A stretch of DNA of 64,000 nucleotides from Bdellovibrio sp. (GTDB lineage: Bacteria; Bdellovibrionota; Bdellovibrionia; Bdellovibrionales; Bdellovibrionaceae), in contig JAKFBS010000003.1 of NCBI GenBank assembly GCA_036677065.1, forward strand, positions 96,001 to 160,000. Reading direction: 5' to 3'. The notes under the pieces are model-generated. The model was not told the origin of the DNA. It was given only the letters and a program-made list of their open reading frames with translations, and did not search any database. How positions within the stretch are numbered: the first letter of the stretch is position 1; every line of letters starts with the position of its first letter. Below are positions 9,168 through 20,078 of the stretch, piece after piece. The position numbers and the translations under genes are program-made.

Positions 9168-10784
9168 ATGAGAAACTATTTATTGCTGTTTACTGTATTG
9201 CTGTTGGCCTCTTGTGAGACATTTAAAAATGTTCAACGTAATATATCGAGTGTGAAGCCTAAGATGTACATCATCACGATGCATGGAATAAGTGGATCAG
9301 CCGCGACTTTTCTTGGGCTTTTACCTGCTTTAGAAGAGCATTTAAGCCAGATCAACCCTAATTATGAATATGTTCCATTGAATTTTACATACTCAAGCGG
9401 TGAAAAGGGTGCCGAGATCGAACGTTTTGTCAGTGAATTTGAAAACTTTTTGATTAAAGAAATTCCAGTCTTAAATGAAGGTGATAAAATCAGTATGGTC
9501 GCGCATTCACAAGGCGGACTTGTTGGTTATGTCTGGTATTTAAAAACCTTAGACGGCGTCGATCTGAGACAAAAAAGTTATCTTGAAAAAATAGATGGTT
9601 TTGTAACCTTGGGAGCCCCGTTTTGGGGTTCACGCACCACCTTTTTATTGAAAAAATTTATTCCGAATGAAGCAATCCAAGATTATATTTTTGATAAAAT
9701 GAAATTTGGCGATCAAGAGCTTATTGATCTAACTGCCGCTTCTGAAAAAATTTATGGTTATTTTAGTAAAATGGCCTCAAAAAATTACGTGAATATTTAT
9801 TACGACCCAAGAATGCTGAATATCGCAGGGGTAGTGCCAGCCACTAAGGGCGAAGAAGCTCCTAAAAATAAGTTTTTAAAGATCATTAATGATTTAAAGA
9901 AAAAAGTAGTGAAGGTTTTTGATTACCGCTTAAACGTAGGTGTGCGCTGGGAATCAGATCAAGCGGTGAATGTGGCGAGTGGCCGTTTAGGTTTTTATTA
10001 CTATTCAGATGCGATCAGGCAGTATATGGAGTTCGATAAACAGCAAAATTTAATGATGACCGATTTTGATTACTCGCGCTTTTTTAAAACTGACCCGAAA
10101 ATGATATTTGTTGAAGCCGTGCACTCTAAAGCTATAGGTTACCCTGACCACGCCATTGCGGCTGTTCCCGAGGCTTGTGTTGAGGCCGATCAATGTAAAC
10201 ACCCCACGTACTTACATGTATTAAAACACTTAGCGAATTGCGAAACACCGCAAAGTCATTGTCAGATGAATCGTTACACAGCAATTGTAAAACAACTTGA
10301 AGTTGCCAAAGCGTCGCTGAGCTTAGAAACAAGCGATATGATTCGTAATGAAATGCGCACCTATAATTTAGGTTTAGATTTAACGCTGCCGAAAAATTTT
10401 ATACCGCCTAAAGAATTATTAGATAGCAAAACGTTAATGAATTACATGAAAGTCGATTATGTTTACGGTGATAATGAGAAAAAACATTTAAAAGATGTTA
10501 AAAAAGACGGCTTAGTTAAAAATGTCGGGCCGGTGAATTATGAAATCCGCATTGGCCGCCGTAATGAATGGGGTTCGCGCATTGTGAATTATTCAGCCGA
10601 AAAAAATCAGCTGAACATTCAACTGACGGGAAGCATTCAATCAAGTAATCCGAATGTGGCTTTTGATGTGACCAAAAAATACCCTTTACAGATGGTTATC
10701 AGCATTCCAGGCCTTAAAAAGCGTAAATTGGTTATCCCGCTCCAGCCGACGTACACAACCTTCTTGGATTTGCAGCTCGATTAA
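9168..10784 (+). CDS. alpha/beta-hydrolase lipoprotein (lipase/esterase, PGAP1-like)
   Basis: Lipobox LASC; HG oxyanion motif; AHSQGG nucleophile elbow; TLGAPFWGS. Confidence 0.8.
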   Translation: MRNYLLLFTVLLLASCETFKNVQRNISSVKPKMYIITMHGISGSAATFLGLLPALEEHLSQINPNYEYVPLNFTYSSGEKGAEIERFVSEFENFLIKEIPVLNEGDKISMVAHSQGGLVGYVWYLKTLDGVDLRQKSYLEKIDGFVTLGAPFWGSRTTFLLKKFIPNEAIQDYIFDKMKFGDQELIDLTAASEKIYGYFSKMASKNYVNIYYDPRMLNIAGVVPATKGEEAPKNKFLKIINDLKKKVVKVFDYRLNVGVRWESDQAVNVASGRLGFYYYSDAIRQYMEFDKQQNLMMTDFDYSRFFKTDPKMIFVEAVHSKAIGYPDHAIAAVPEACVEADQCKHPTYLHVLKHLANCETPQSHCQMNRYTAIVKQLEVAKASLSLETSDMIRNEMRTYNLGLDLTLPKNFIPPKELLDSKTLMNYMKVDYVYGDNEKKHLKDVKKDGLVKNVGPVNYEIRIGRRNEWGSRIVNYSAEKNQLNIQLTGSIQSSNPNVAFDVTKKYPLQMVISIPGLKKRKLVIPLQPTYTTFLDLQLD

Positions 10785-10799
10785 GCTATATCTTGGGGT

Positions 10800-12029
10800 G
10801 TGAAGATCAAGTTTGATTCAGCCCCAAAACCTGAAAATATCAACCCATCTGATTGGATGGATTGGAACTGGCAACTGCGCCAGTCGATGAAATCATTAAC
10901 TGATTTTCAAACTCACTTTACGCTTTCTGAAAATGAATCTATCGCATTTCGTTCAAACGAAGCCAAAGATGCCAAACAAGTTTTTAATATTCGCGCAACT
11001 CCGTATTACGCAAGCCTTGCGCACCCAACAGTTGAGCAAGACCCAATTCGCCGAATCTTAATGCCACATGCAGCCGAACTGTCTGAGCAAGTGCAAGCCC
11101 AGCTTGACCCTTTAGGTGAGAGAAAAAATTCGAATAACCCGGTGGCCCGTGTGGTGCATCGATATTCAGATCGCGCCTTGTTTTTAATTACCGATATTTG
11201 CTCGGTGTATTGCAGATACTGCACGCGTAAGCATTTCACTGGCACTGATCAAGCTTTTATTAAAAATTCTGAATACGAAAATGCTTTAGAATATTTTCGT
11301 ACTACCAAGGGCCTTCGCGAAATCATTTTATCAGGCGGTGACCCGCTAACAGTTTCAGATGCGCAGTTAGATCGCGTATTATCTGATCTACGAAAAATTG
11401 AACATATCGAAATTATTCGCATCGGCACACGCATGCCGGTGGTTGCACCAATGCGGGTGACAGAAAACTTGGTTAAAATTTTGCGTAAGCATAAGCCAGT
11501 ATTTTTAATGACTCACTTTAATCACCCTCGTGAACTAACCGCAGAATCAGCACAAGCAGTCGAGATGTTTGTTGATCACGGTATTCCGGTGATGAATCAA
11601 ATGGTTTTATTAAACGGCGTCAACAACCACCCAGCGATTGTGCAAGCATTATCGCGCCGGCTTTTATTCTTACGCGCCAAACCGTATTACATGTTTCAGT
11701 GCGATCCGTCGATTGGCACAGACCATTTACGCACTTCGATTGATGATTCATTAGAAATTCAAAAAGAATTATGGGGTCATTTATCAGGCTTAGCGATGCC
11801 GAATCTTTCTGTGGATATTCCAGATGGTGGCGGTAAAGCTTATTATGTACCTAAGTTTGAAACTTCGGTCACAGAATCAGAGCGTATGTTCACCGGCTTT
11901 GACGGCGTTGAATCTATTTATAAAAATCCAAGGGCAAATAAAATCATAAAACCGATCGATGCTGAGCTGTATCTTCCTGAGTGGGAAGAAGTTAAAGCTG
12001 CGAAGAAAACTGCTCCCACTTTTGCATAA
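10800..12029 (+). CDS. KamA-family radical SAM protein (lysine 2,3-aminomutase-like)
   Basis: DW.WQL; HRY.DR; CSVYCRYC; SGGDPL; HFNHP.E; NQ.VLL.GVN; PDGGGK. Confidence 0.9.
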   Translation: MKIKFDSAPKPENINPSDWMDWNWQLRQSMKSLTDFQTHFTLSENESIAFRSNEAKDAKQVFNIRATPYYASLAHPTVEQDPIRRILMPHAAELSEQVQAQLDPLGERKNSNNPVARVVHRYSDRALFLITDICSVYCRYCTRKHFTGTDQAFIKNSEYENALEYFRTTKGLREIILSGGDPLTVSDAQLDRVLSDLRKIEHIEIIRIGTRMPVVAPMRVTENLVKILRKHKPVFLMTHFNHPRELTAESAQAVEMFVDHGIPVMNQMVLLNGVNNHPAIVQALSRRLLFLRAKPYYMFQCDPSIGTDHLRTSIDDSLEIQKELWGHLSGLAMPNLSVDIPDGGGKAYYVPKFETSVTESERMFTGFDGVESIYKNPRANKIIKPIDAELYLPEWEEVKAAKKTAPTFA

Positions 12030-12089
12030 TCCTTAATATAGAGGCCGACTTGAGTCGTTTTGCCTCATGGCATATATTGGGAGGCCAAG

Positions 12090-12779
12090 ATGGCGCAGGT
12101 AGCATCTATTCGTAATGCAAAAAAAGATCATCTATTAACACCTGAAAATTCAGTGATCGCTTTTATTGATTACCAACCGGAACAGTTTCGGGGCGTGGGT
12201 TCAAAATCAACAAGTGAATTATTGCTAAATGTTGTGACGCTTGGAAAAATTGCGAAAGCGTTTGATGTACCGACAGTGGTCACCACCGTGGGTGTTCAGC
12301 TTGGTGTAAATCAGGGAACCCATAAAGATTTAATCGATGCATTACCGCCGCAGATTGAAATTGATCGCACCACTTTAAATTCTTGGGAAGACGAAAATTT
12401 TATCAGCGCGGTCGCACGCACCGGTCGTAAAAAAATAATTATGGCAGGGCTATGGACAGAAGTGTGCGTGGCGTACCCAACGCTTGATGCGATTAAAGAT
12501 GGTTATCAGGTTTATCCGGTGATTGATGCAATTGGCGGAATCACCACAGAAACCCATGAAGCAGCAATTCAAAGAATGATGCAAGCTGGAGCCATTCCCA
12601 TTACAGCATTGGCATTAGCTTGTGAAATGCAGCGCGACTGGGCCCGCGGCCAGGGGCATTCGCTTCGATCTATTATGCAGGATTATTTTAGACAATCGCG
12701 CTTTCTCAAAGAAAAAGCGCGTGAAATGCGTCTGTGGGATAAAGATGATCCTAATAGACCATCGCAAGTAACGCTCTAA
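12090..12779 (+). CDS. isochorismatase/cysteine hydrolase (YcaC-like)
   Basis: IDYQP, DRTTLNSWED, AGLWTEVC motifs; GGGAGG SD before ATG 12090. Confidence 0.85.
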   Translation: MAQVASIRNAKKDHLLTPENSVIAFIDYQPEQFRGVGSKSTSELLLNVVTLGKIAKAFDVPTVVTTVGVQLGVNQGTHKDLIDALPPQIEIDRTTLNSWEDENFISAVARTGRKKIIMAGLWTEVCVAYPTLDAIKDGYQVYPVIDAIGGITTETHEAAIQRMMQAGAIPITALALACEMQRDWARGQGHSLRSIMQDYFRQSRFLKEKAREMRLWDKDDPNRPSQVTL

Positions 12780-15216
12780 GAGTCGTGCGTTCTTGAGAAT
12801 TCTTGGCAGCTTTTAGTTCTGCTTTTAAAACCATTGAGATTTCTTCTGCTGATGCGGCATCTGCAATATTTGCCGCACGGAAAGTCATGAAGCTTGTGAT
12901 CGCTGCTTTTCTTTCATCAATAGATCTAGAGAAATCACCTTGTGTTTTCGTGATAGAAATTTTCTTTAATAATTCAACAACGTAAGTTTCAACATCTAAA
13001 TTAATTTCAGATGAAAAGTAATAAGCATTCGTTTCATCGTGGGCTAAGTTAGCAGCGATGCGCTGGCGAACTTTAGTGAATGTTACAGTTTGCACGTGCG
13101 CAATCACTTCTTTATTTTTTTCTTGAAGTTCATTTAATAATGACACCTGAGCATTTAAATCAAGAGCAGCAAAGTATTTTGTTGTCTGTGCCCAATTCGT
13201 GAATGCGGCTACATTCACTGCTAATTGCGCAAGTGGTGCTGCAGGTGCAGTTTGCTGTGTGTAAATATATTCAAGGCTTGATAGCACTTGGCTGCGAAGA
13301 TTAGCTTCGTTGAACACGGTATTTTCTAAAATACCAGGAGCAACATTTTTTAACGTTTTTAAATTGATCGTCGTTAAATAACGTAAACTATGGGCACCGG
13401 CAAAAGCATAGAAATCAAATAAAGCTGATTCACGTGCAAAAAAGTCATCGCGCACAGTTTCAAAGTCTTCTTTAGTCGCAACTTCTGCAGCTGAACTTAG
13501 TGAAGTTTGAAGATCAGCTAAAGCTTCAGTTAAACTTTTCATAAAACCTAAAGAGTAAGTTGGTTTTTCGATTAACTGAATTGTTTCTAACATCCAGTTG
13601 TAGGGGTTGCTACCGGCATCATAGCGGCTGCACGTAGGATCAACTCCGCCAGCTGTAGCATCAGCTTCTTCATCATCACACGATGGCAGTACTGGGCTGT
13701 CATCTAAAGATTCACCGTTATTGTATACAACATCAATAAATTGGCGATCGTACTCTAAGATCGGACCATTCGCAGAATCGACATGATCAAAAATAGATTT
13801 TTCTAAATTGTAATGGTTGTAATCCATGATGCTTGAAGTGAATTGGCCATTTTCATTAATTAATGAGCCTTTAAAATTGTGGCCCATGCCAAGAGCGTGA
13901 CCGACTTCATGCATGATCACAGCTTTTAAAACATCACGTGCTAAAATATGTAATTCTTCTTTAGATTTTTGCTGACCATTTAACACGATTTTTGAAAGAT
14001 CGCGAAAACAACCAAAACGTAAAGGCGAACCCATGAATGATTTAGAGGCTAACCATTTTTCTTGTTTGGCGATTTTAGCTTCAGCAGCTTCATCGTGATT
14101 GGCAAATTGTCCGTCTGTCCAGTATTCAGTGGCTGTTTTTAACCAAGAAAATGGAATGTAAATATTTGAATGGGATTGAATACCTGTTAACGGGTCAACA
14201 GCTTGTGATTCGTAAGCGGCATCGCCATCTTGCACGTTATCCCAAACAATCACGTTGTAACGAGGATCACCAAGTTTTGCGTGTGCAGGTAACTTACCGG
14301 CAAACACTAAACCATCGCTGCCCCACATTTTTTGAAAGTAGCGATTCCAGCCTTCAACAGAAGTTTGCACATCACGCATGATATCGTCAGGCACATTAGC
14401 TGTGACATACCACTTTACTGATTTAGTTTTTGTAATATCAAATTTAAAAGCCGCAGGTGCAGCTACACGACCTGCATCAGTTTGGCGAAATACCGGAAAC
14501 CAAGCTAAGAATTCAAAACGTTTAGCTAAAGCTTCAGTTTCAGTTAACCATAGTGGTTTAGTTTCAGAATTAACTAAGTTCTCACGCGGAAACAAACTTT
14601 CCATGTGTTCAACAATATCACCTTTTAAAGTTTCAATTGATGATTCCATTAATAAATAATTGCCGTTGGGATCAAACTGAACTGAACGTAACCAAGATGT
14701 GCGTGTTTGATCAGTTTGTGAACCCCAGAACATTTGGCGTAATACTGGCGACGGGTTGCTGACATCAACTGTGATTGTTGTCTCAGTTTCATCTAAAATA
14801 AAAAATTCATTAATTAGACGCTCTGGCTTATTAACATCAGATTCGAATTTCCAAGATTGTTCAGCCACAAGTTGTAAGTAGCGGCCCACTTTACGAAAGA
14901 AAGCGATTTCGTGACCCATAGAATAAACTTGGTCATACAACATTGAATCAGCATCATAGATTGTTGAATGTTGAAGATCGGCACCGTATAAAAAATCACG
15001 ATCAAAGATGGCGCTCTTATTAAACTTAACCGAAGTTTTAACTTCTTTAGTTGAAGGGGTCATGTGTTCGGCCCATTGGCTTGGCTCTGCCGGCTTTGTA
15101 AGTTTATGCGATAATTCAACTTGATCGATATTTGCGACAACTGATTCAGTTGATTTTTTTGCGCAAGCTGAAAAGGTTAAAGCTAAAATGAACGCTAAAG
15201 TAATTTGTAACTTCAT
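12751..15216 (-). CDS. zinc-dependent metalloprotease lipoprotein (metzincin, DUF4953/EcxA-like)
   Basis: Lipobox FSAC; GDPRYN; HEVGHALGMGHNF; Met-turn SSIMDY. Confidence 0.85.
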   Translation of the reverse strand: MKLQITLAFILALTFSACAKKSTESVVANIDQVELSHKLTKPAEPSQWAEHMTPSTKEVKTSVKFNKSAIFDRDFLYGADLQHSTIYDADSMLYDQVYSMGHEIAFFRKVGRYLQLVAEQSWKFESDVNKPERLINEFFILDETETTITVDVSNPSPVLRQMFWGSQTDQTRTSWLRSVQFDPNGNYLLMESSIETLKGDIVEHMESLFPRENLVNSETKPLWLTETEALAKRFEFLAWFPVFRQTDAGRVAAPAAFKFDITKTKSVKWYVTANVPDDIMRDVQTSVEGWNRYFQKMWGSDGLVFAGKLPAHAKLGDPRYNVIVWDNVQDGDAAYESQAVDPLTGIQSHSNIYIPFSWLKTATEYWTDGQFANHDEAAEAKIAKQEKWLASKSFMGSPLRFGCFRDLSKIVLNGQQKSKEELHILARDVLKAVIMHEVGHALGMGHNFKGSLINENGQFTSSIMDYNHYNLEKSIFDHVDSANGPILEYDRQFIDVVYNNGESLDDSPVLPSCDDEEADATAGGVDPTCSRYDAGSNPYNWMLETIQLIEKPTYSLGFMKSLTEALADLQTSLSSAAEVATKEDFETVRDDFFARESALFDFYAFAGAHSLRYLTTINLKTLKNVAPGILENTVFNEANLRSQVLSSLEYIYTQQTAPAAPLAQLAVNVAAFTNWAQTTKYFAALDLNAQVSLLNELQEKNKEVIAHVQTVTFTKVRQRIAANLAHDETNAYYFSSEINLDVETYVVELLKKISITKTQGDFSRSIDERKAAITSFMTFRAANIADAASAEEISMVLKAELKAAKNSQERTTLRALLAMVY

Positions 15217-15324
15217 GAGAATTCCCCTCGAAAGTGATGGGGATAGTTACCTAACTTAATAGGGAAACTCAATTCTATTTAAGTAATAATACGATAAGTA
15301 AAATTTATGATTCGGATGCTGTTA

Positions 15325-17634
15325 TTATAAGCGCTCTAGACGGGCGTACTTGGCTACGAACTTCTTGATCGTGTTATCTTGAAATAACACACTAATCTTT
15401 AAATTCTCGCCTGAACCTTCGGTTTCAAAGATCGACCCAGGGCCGAATGTAGGGTGGCGCACTTTCATGCCCTTGGCGTAACCGCCATTTCTGGCTGCTG
15501 TCGCTGATTGTGTATGTTCGTCATAATCTGGAAAGCTTTGCGTATCATCATAAGAGCCTGATTTGTTTTTGCCATAACTATTGGTTTGGCCGAAACTTCC
15601 ATATTCGTCATTACGTGAACCGTATTTCGAAGCAAAACTATTTACACCAAATGCTGTCACCGCAGAAGTTTTGTTCGTTAATTCTTTTGGAATCTCTTTA
15701 ATGAAGTCAGAAACAGGATTCATTTGTTCTTGGCCCCACACACGGCGAACCTTTGCGTGAGTCATCCAAAGTTTTTTACGGGCACGTGTCATACCTACGT
15801 AAGCTAAACGACGTTCTTCTTCGAGATCGTGATTTTCGACCTCATCAGCTCCGCCACGAATCGATGGAAACAATCCTTGCTCGCAGCCTACGATAAAGAC
15901 GTAAGGGTACTCTAAGCCTTTTGAAATATGAAGAGTCATCATTGTCACGGCATTAACATTTGAATCAACCTGATCTTGGTCTGACGCTAAAGTCATTTCT
16001 TCTAAGTAATTTGATAACGTCGCTTCATTGCCGCGCTCTTTTTCAAATTGCACGATCGCATTTTCTAACTCTTGTAAATTGTTAATACGTGCTTCAGCTT
16101 CAGTCGTATCTTCTTTTTTTAGCATAGCTACATATTCAGTGCGATCGAGTACGATTGTATAGAATTCAGAAAGTTTGAAGCTGTCTTTTTGAGAAATTAA
16201 GCCTTCAGCGATTTCATAAAAGCGGCGTAGTTTGCCGGTTGTGCCTGCATTGAATGTGCGAAGATCTATCGCTTTCTGAATTGCTTCAAAGAAAGAGATT
16301 TTTTCGTTAGCCGAGATCTCATCGATTTGTTCAATCGTCGTTTTACCGATTCCGCGAGCGGGTACATTGATAATACGTTTAACCGCGATATCATCTTTAG
16401 AGTTAATGGCCATTCTTAAATAGGCGATCGCATCTTTAACTTCGGCGCGTTCATAGAAACGAATACCGCCAATTAAGCGGTACTGAATCATCAACGTTCT
16501 GAATTGTTCTTCTAGCACGCGTGATTGTGCATTCGTTCTGTAAAACACGGCAAAGTTATTTAAACTTTCGCCCGCGTTCATTAATTCTTCGATTGATTTA
16601 GCAACATATCTAGCTTCGTCGTACTCATTGCGCTCTTCACGCACCTGGATTAATTCACCAGGCTCATTATTCGTAAATAAGGTTTTGTCCTTACGTTCAG
16701 TGTTGTTTGAGATAACTTTAGTCGCAGCTTTTACTATGTTTGCGCTTGAACGGTAATTTTCTTCTAATTTAACAACTGTCGCATTTGGAAAATCTTTTTC
16801 AAAATCTAAGATGTTGCTGATATCAGCTCCACGCCAAGAATAAATTGACTGATCTTCATCACCCACCACACATAAGTTTTTATGAGCTGAAGCTAATTGC
16901 TGCACCAGTAAGTACTGAATACGATTTGTATCCTGATACTCATCCACCATGATGTAGCGAAACTGATTTTGGTACTCAGTTAATAAATCTGGGTACATAC
17001 GAAAAAGTTCATATGTTTTTAATAATAAATCATCGAAGTCTAAAGCGTTAGCGCGCTTCATTTCTTCTTCATAGCGTGTGTAAACTTCTAATGTTTTTTG
17101 ATCGATCACATTTTTTGAACCATTACGCATGTTCTCGGGCTGAAGACCTAACATTTTTGAATTACTGATGCGGTGTTGGAAGCTCTTTGGTGGAAACATT
17201 TTGTCGTTGATGTTCAGCGCACGCATCACTTTTTTAACTTGCGCTAATTGATCTGAAGAATCGTAAATCGTGAATGGTTTTTTATAGTCTAAAAGCTCAA
17301 TGTGGCGACGTAAAATACGTACACAAAAACTATGAAAAGTACTTACCCATAAATCACGCGTAACGGGCACACCGATCTCGGCAAGTAGGTTGTAAATACG
17401 GTGTTCCATCTCTTGCGCGGCCTTATTGGTGAAGGTCACACACAGGATTTCTTCAGGAGCACAGACACCTGAACCGATTAAATTGGCCATACGATGAGTC
17501 AGTACACGGGTCTTGCCAGAGCCGGCGCCGGCTAAGATCAACAGAGCACCGTCTAAAGTTTCGACAGCTTTCTTTTGAGTAGGGTTCAAATTACGTGTAA
17601 GGTTTTCAACGACAGACATAAGGGGATAATTCAT
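15325..17634 (-). CDS. uvrD: ATP-dependent DNA helicase UvrD/PcrA
   Basis: AGAGSGKT, TFTNKAA, VDEYQD, VGDEDQSIY.WRGA, EEERRLAYVGMTRA, C-terminal Tudor-like VRHPTFG. Confidence 0.95.
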   Translation of the reverse strand: MNYPLMSVVENLTRNLNPTQKKAVETLDGALLILAGAGSGKTRVLTHRMANLIGSGVCAPEEILCVTFTNKAAQEMEHRIYNLLAEIGVPVTRDLWVSTFHSFCVRILRRHIELLDYKKPFTIYDSSDQLAQVKKVMRALNINDKMFPPKSFQHRISNSKMLGLQPENMRNGSKNVIDQKTLEVYTRYEEEMKRANALDFDDLLLKTYELFRMYPDLLTEYQNQFRYIMVDEYQDTNRIQYLLVQQLASAHKNLCVVGDEDQSIYSWRGADISNILDFEKDFPNATVVKLEENYRSSANIVKAATKVISNNTERKDKTLFTNNEPGELIQVREERNEYDEARYVAKSIEELMNAGESLNNFAVFYRTNAQSRVLEEQFRTLMIQYRLIGGIRFYERAEVKDAIAYLRMAINSKDDIAVKRIINVPARGIGKTTIEQIDEISANEKISFFEAIQKAIDLRTFNAGTTGKLRRFYEIAEGLISQKDSFKLSEFYTIVLDRTEYVAMLKKEDTTEAEARINNLQELENAIVQFEKERGNEATLSNYLEEMTLASDQDQVDSNVNAVTMMTLHISKGLEYPYVFIVGCEQGLFPSIRGGADEVENHDLEEERRLAYVGMTRARKKLWMTHAKVRRVWGQEQMNPVSDFIKEIPKELTNKTSAVTAFGVNSFASKYGSRNDEYGSFGQTNSYGKNKSGSYDDTQSFPDYDEHTQSATAARNGGYAKGMKVRHPTFGPGSIFETEGSGENLKISVLFQDNTIKKFVAKYARLERL

Positions 17635-17681
17635 ACCCCTATAAGTGGAGAATTTCAGCGAAATACTCTATATTTGACGCA

Positions 17682-18977
17682 ATGAATATCTCTCACATTT
17701 CCATGCTATTTTTAGGCGCACTCTTAGTCGGTTTTACTGGTTGTAAACCGGCTTCCCCCGAGGCTCCGGCTGCGGGAGATATTTCGGTGCAAATTCCGTT
17801 ATCCGAAACCCGTGAAGGTCATACCCAGTACCGCTTAAAAACTGTGACCCTTAAAGATATCTCTACGTTACGTGAAGTGCGCGGCAAGTATGCGCAGTTT
17901 TACCTATCACCGGGGCTTGTTGAAGGCCGCTTAAATGGTGGCTCACCAGTTGCCTATTTTGCAAAAACTAAAGAACAAACCTATATCGCCAAAGATGCCT
18001 TATCCTTACAGATGGCTACGATTTATTACCACATGCAAAGCCTGATCACTTTGGCGCAAGATCTGGGAATTTCGATGAAAGCGCCAATGCAAATTGGCTT
18101 AAACACGCAAATTAAAGGTGATGAATCGATTCAAAATAACAACGCTTTTTTTGATGGCCGCTCTAAAGCGATGTTATTTGTTCCGTATACAGCTAAAGAA
18201 ATGCCGATTTCTGCCAATGCGGGAATTATCGCGCATGAATTTTTTCATTCGATCTTTTACAATAAAGTTTTAGGGCCTGTTAGTCAGAAAAAATTAGCTG
18301 TTTCACAGCGTATTTCTGATAAGACAGTTCATAGTTATGAAGGCTGGGGCGGTAAAACCTCGAAAATTCAATTAATGTTATCGGGCGAAGAATTATTTAA
18401 TGAAACTTACTTGCGCGGAATCAACGAAGGCTTAGCTGATTTTTGGGGTTGGGCTTATACGGATGATCCGGATTTTTTAAAGTGGTCGTTATCAAACCAC
18501 ACTAAAAAACGCAGTTTAAATAAACCAGATAAAGTCAGTTACAAATCTGATCGCGATATTGAAGTGGCTGTCGTGGAAGCGCAAAATATTTCAGATGATC
18601 CATCAATGGCATTATCAAATTTTATTTATGATATCGGCACGCCGTACGCGCGTTTTTTAAAAGAATTAGTGTATGTGAAAATGCAGCAAGAGGGTTTACC
18701 TCTTGTTGAAGCTAAACGCCAAGTCAGTCAATTTGTGATTGGCTTTGTACAAAATCTGGGAAAATCAGCAATCACCCTGAAAAGCAGTGATAAACTTTCA
18801 ACACGAGATTTGTTTTTAGCCGTCGATGCGCGTGATTCTGGTTTGCAATCTAAAGAACAATGTGAATTAATCATTCAGTATTTAAATGCGCCATTAGAAA
18901 AAGCTGATGTGATCGCCGCTAAATACAGCTGTGAAAAAGTTCAAGATTTAGAATCTTATAAAGTGACTGCACCATGA
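17682..18977 (+). CDS. gluzincin metallopeptidase lipoprotein (M4/M36-like)
   Basis: Lipobox FTGC; NNAFF; HEFFH; INEGLADF. Confidence 0.75.
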   Translation: MNISHISMLFLGALLVGFTGCKPASPEAPAAGDISVQIPLSETREGHTQYRLKTVTLKDISTLREVRGKYAQFYLSPGLVEGRLNGGSPVAYFAKTKEQTYIAKDALSLQMATIYYHMQSLITLAQDLGISMKAPMQIGLNTQIKGDESIQNNNAFFDGRSKAMLFVPYTAKEMPISANAGIIAHEFFHSIFYNKVLGPVSQKKLAVSQRISDKTVHSYEGWGGKTSKIQLMLSGEELFNETYLRGINEGLADFWGWAYTDDPDFLKWSLSNHTKKRSLNKPDKVSYKSDRDIEVAVVEAQNISDDPSMALSNFIYDIGTPYARFLKELVYVKMQQEGLPLVEAKRQVSQFVIGFVQNLGKSAITLKSSDKLSTRDLFLAVDARDSGLQSKEQCELIIQYLNAPLEKADVIAAKYSCEKVQDLESYKVTAP

Positions 18978-19543
18978 TTTTTCGTTCGTTAGTTTTTGTG
19001 AGTTTAATATTTTCAAGCCTGTTAGCTTCTGCGCAGAATAATGAAGTGCAAATATATGTTCCAGGCATTCAGCTTCGTTATGAAGAGGGTTCTGACCAGC
19101 ATATTGATGTGCGCAGCTACACGCACTACGCGATCAATTACATGTACCAAAGTTTTTTATTAGGTATAGAGCACAACACGACAGATGACAGCACTGGCAG
19201 TGCTTCTTTAGGTGTTAAAACAGAAATCAAAGAGTGGAATGCCTTACTTGGTTATAGCTTAGCTAAACTTGATTTCACAAATCTTACACCGAATACAAAC
19301 ATCGAAATTTTAGGGTTTGTATTAGCCGGCAATACCCAAAGTGAAATCGAAACATCGTTAAACGGGCAGCAACAAACAGACTCTTCAGAATCGCAAAGTG
19401 TGATGGGGATTGGTGGTTTGGCTTTTTTTCGCTTAGATTATTTTATCGCAGGCTTTGACGGTCGCATGATGCAGTCGAATGCTTATCTGCCCAAATCAGT
19501 GTGGGTGAGTACATTTAAACTGGGTGTTAATTTTAATTTCTAG
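18974..19543 (+). CDS. small outer-membrane beta-barrel protein
   Basis: Signal peptide, alternating strands, C-terminal LGVNFNF; ATGA overlap with upstream peptidase. Confidence 0.65.
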   Translation: MIFRSLVFVSLIFSSLLASAQNNEVQIYVPGIQLRYEEGSDQHIDVRSYTHYAINYMYQSFLLGIEHNTTDDSTGSASLGVKTEIKEWNALLGYSLAKLDFTNLTPNTNIEILGFVLAGNTQSEIETSLNGQQQTDSSESQSVMGIGGLAFFRLDYFIAGFDGRMMQSNAYLPKSVWVSTFKLGVNFNF

Positions 19544-19547
19544 TGTG

Positions 19548-20078
19548 CTACTTGTCGTATGATATTTGAAAGCCGGGACAAGTATTCGTATAGCCATCAT
19601 AAGAGTAGCAGATTTTTTCATTACAAACTGCTTGAAGCCATAAAGCCTCGTATTTTGTTGTATGTTGGCCGAGTTTGCCGAAATTGATTTTTTCTGGATA
19701 TGGATGGGGTTTTTTAATGTCGCCACGTAGGCATAGTTTTACCTGCTTAGATTTTTGGTAAATGCTTTTAATGGTCCTTATTTGATTTGTACAATCTATT
19801 TTGTTTTGGTTTAGGGAGTGCATGATAGGTATTACTTCGTCTTCGCTGTCTAAGATGTACATCATATATTGATGGCGCCAGTTGTTTTCAGCTTCTGCGT
19901 TATAAAATATGCACTCTTGCTGAATACGATCAGAAGATATTGTGATGACCTGAAGAGTATCGCCACCAGTAGTTGATGGATAAGAATCAAGAGAAAATTT
20001 TTTTGAATTAAGAAGTGCGCAACTAGTGGATAACCAAAACAACAAGATAAATAGAGTACTATTTCGTAAGTTCGCCAT
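19548..20078 (-). CDS. Cys-containing hypothetical lipoprotein
   Basis: Hydrophobic signal with STSC lipobox-like site; six further Cys; overlaps the SLT stop. Confidence 0.7.
   Translation of the reverse strand: MANLRNSTLFILLFWLSTSCALLNSKKFSLDSYPSTTGGDTLQVITISSDRIQQECIFYNAEAENNWRHQYMMYILDSEDEVIPIMHSLNQNKIDCTNQIRTIKSIYQKSKQVKLCLRGDIKKPHPYPEKINFGKLGQHTTKYEALWLQAVCNEKICYSYDGYTNTCPGFQISYDK

Noticed and set aside
10800..12029. EpmB (EF-P modification) or lysine-fermentation operon
   Set aside because: No efp/epmA or kamDE neighbours in the window; left as generic KamA family
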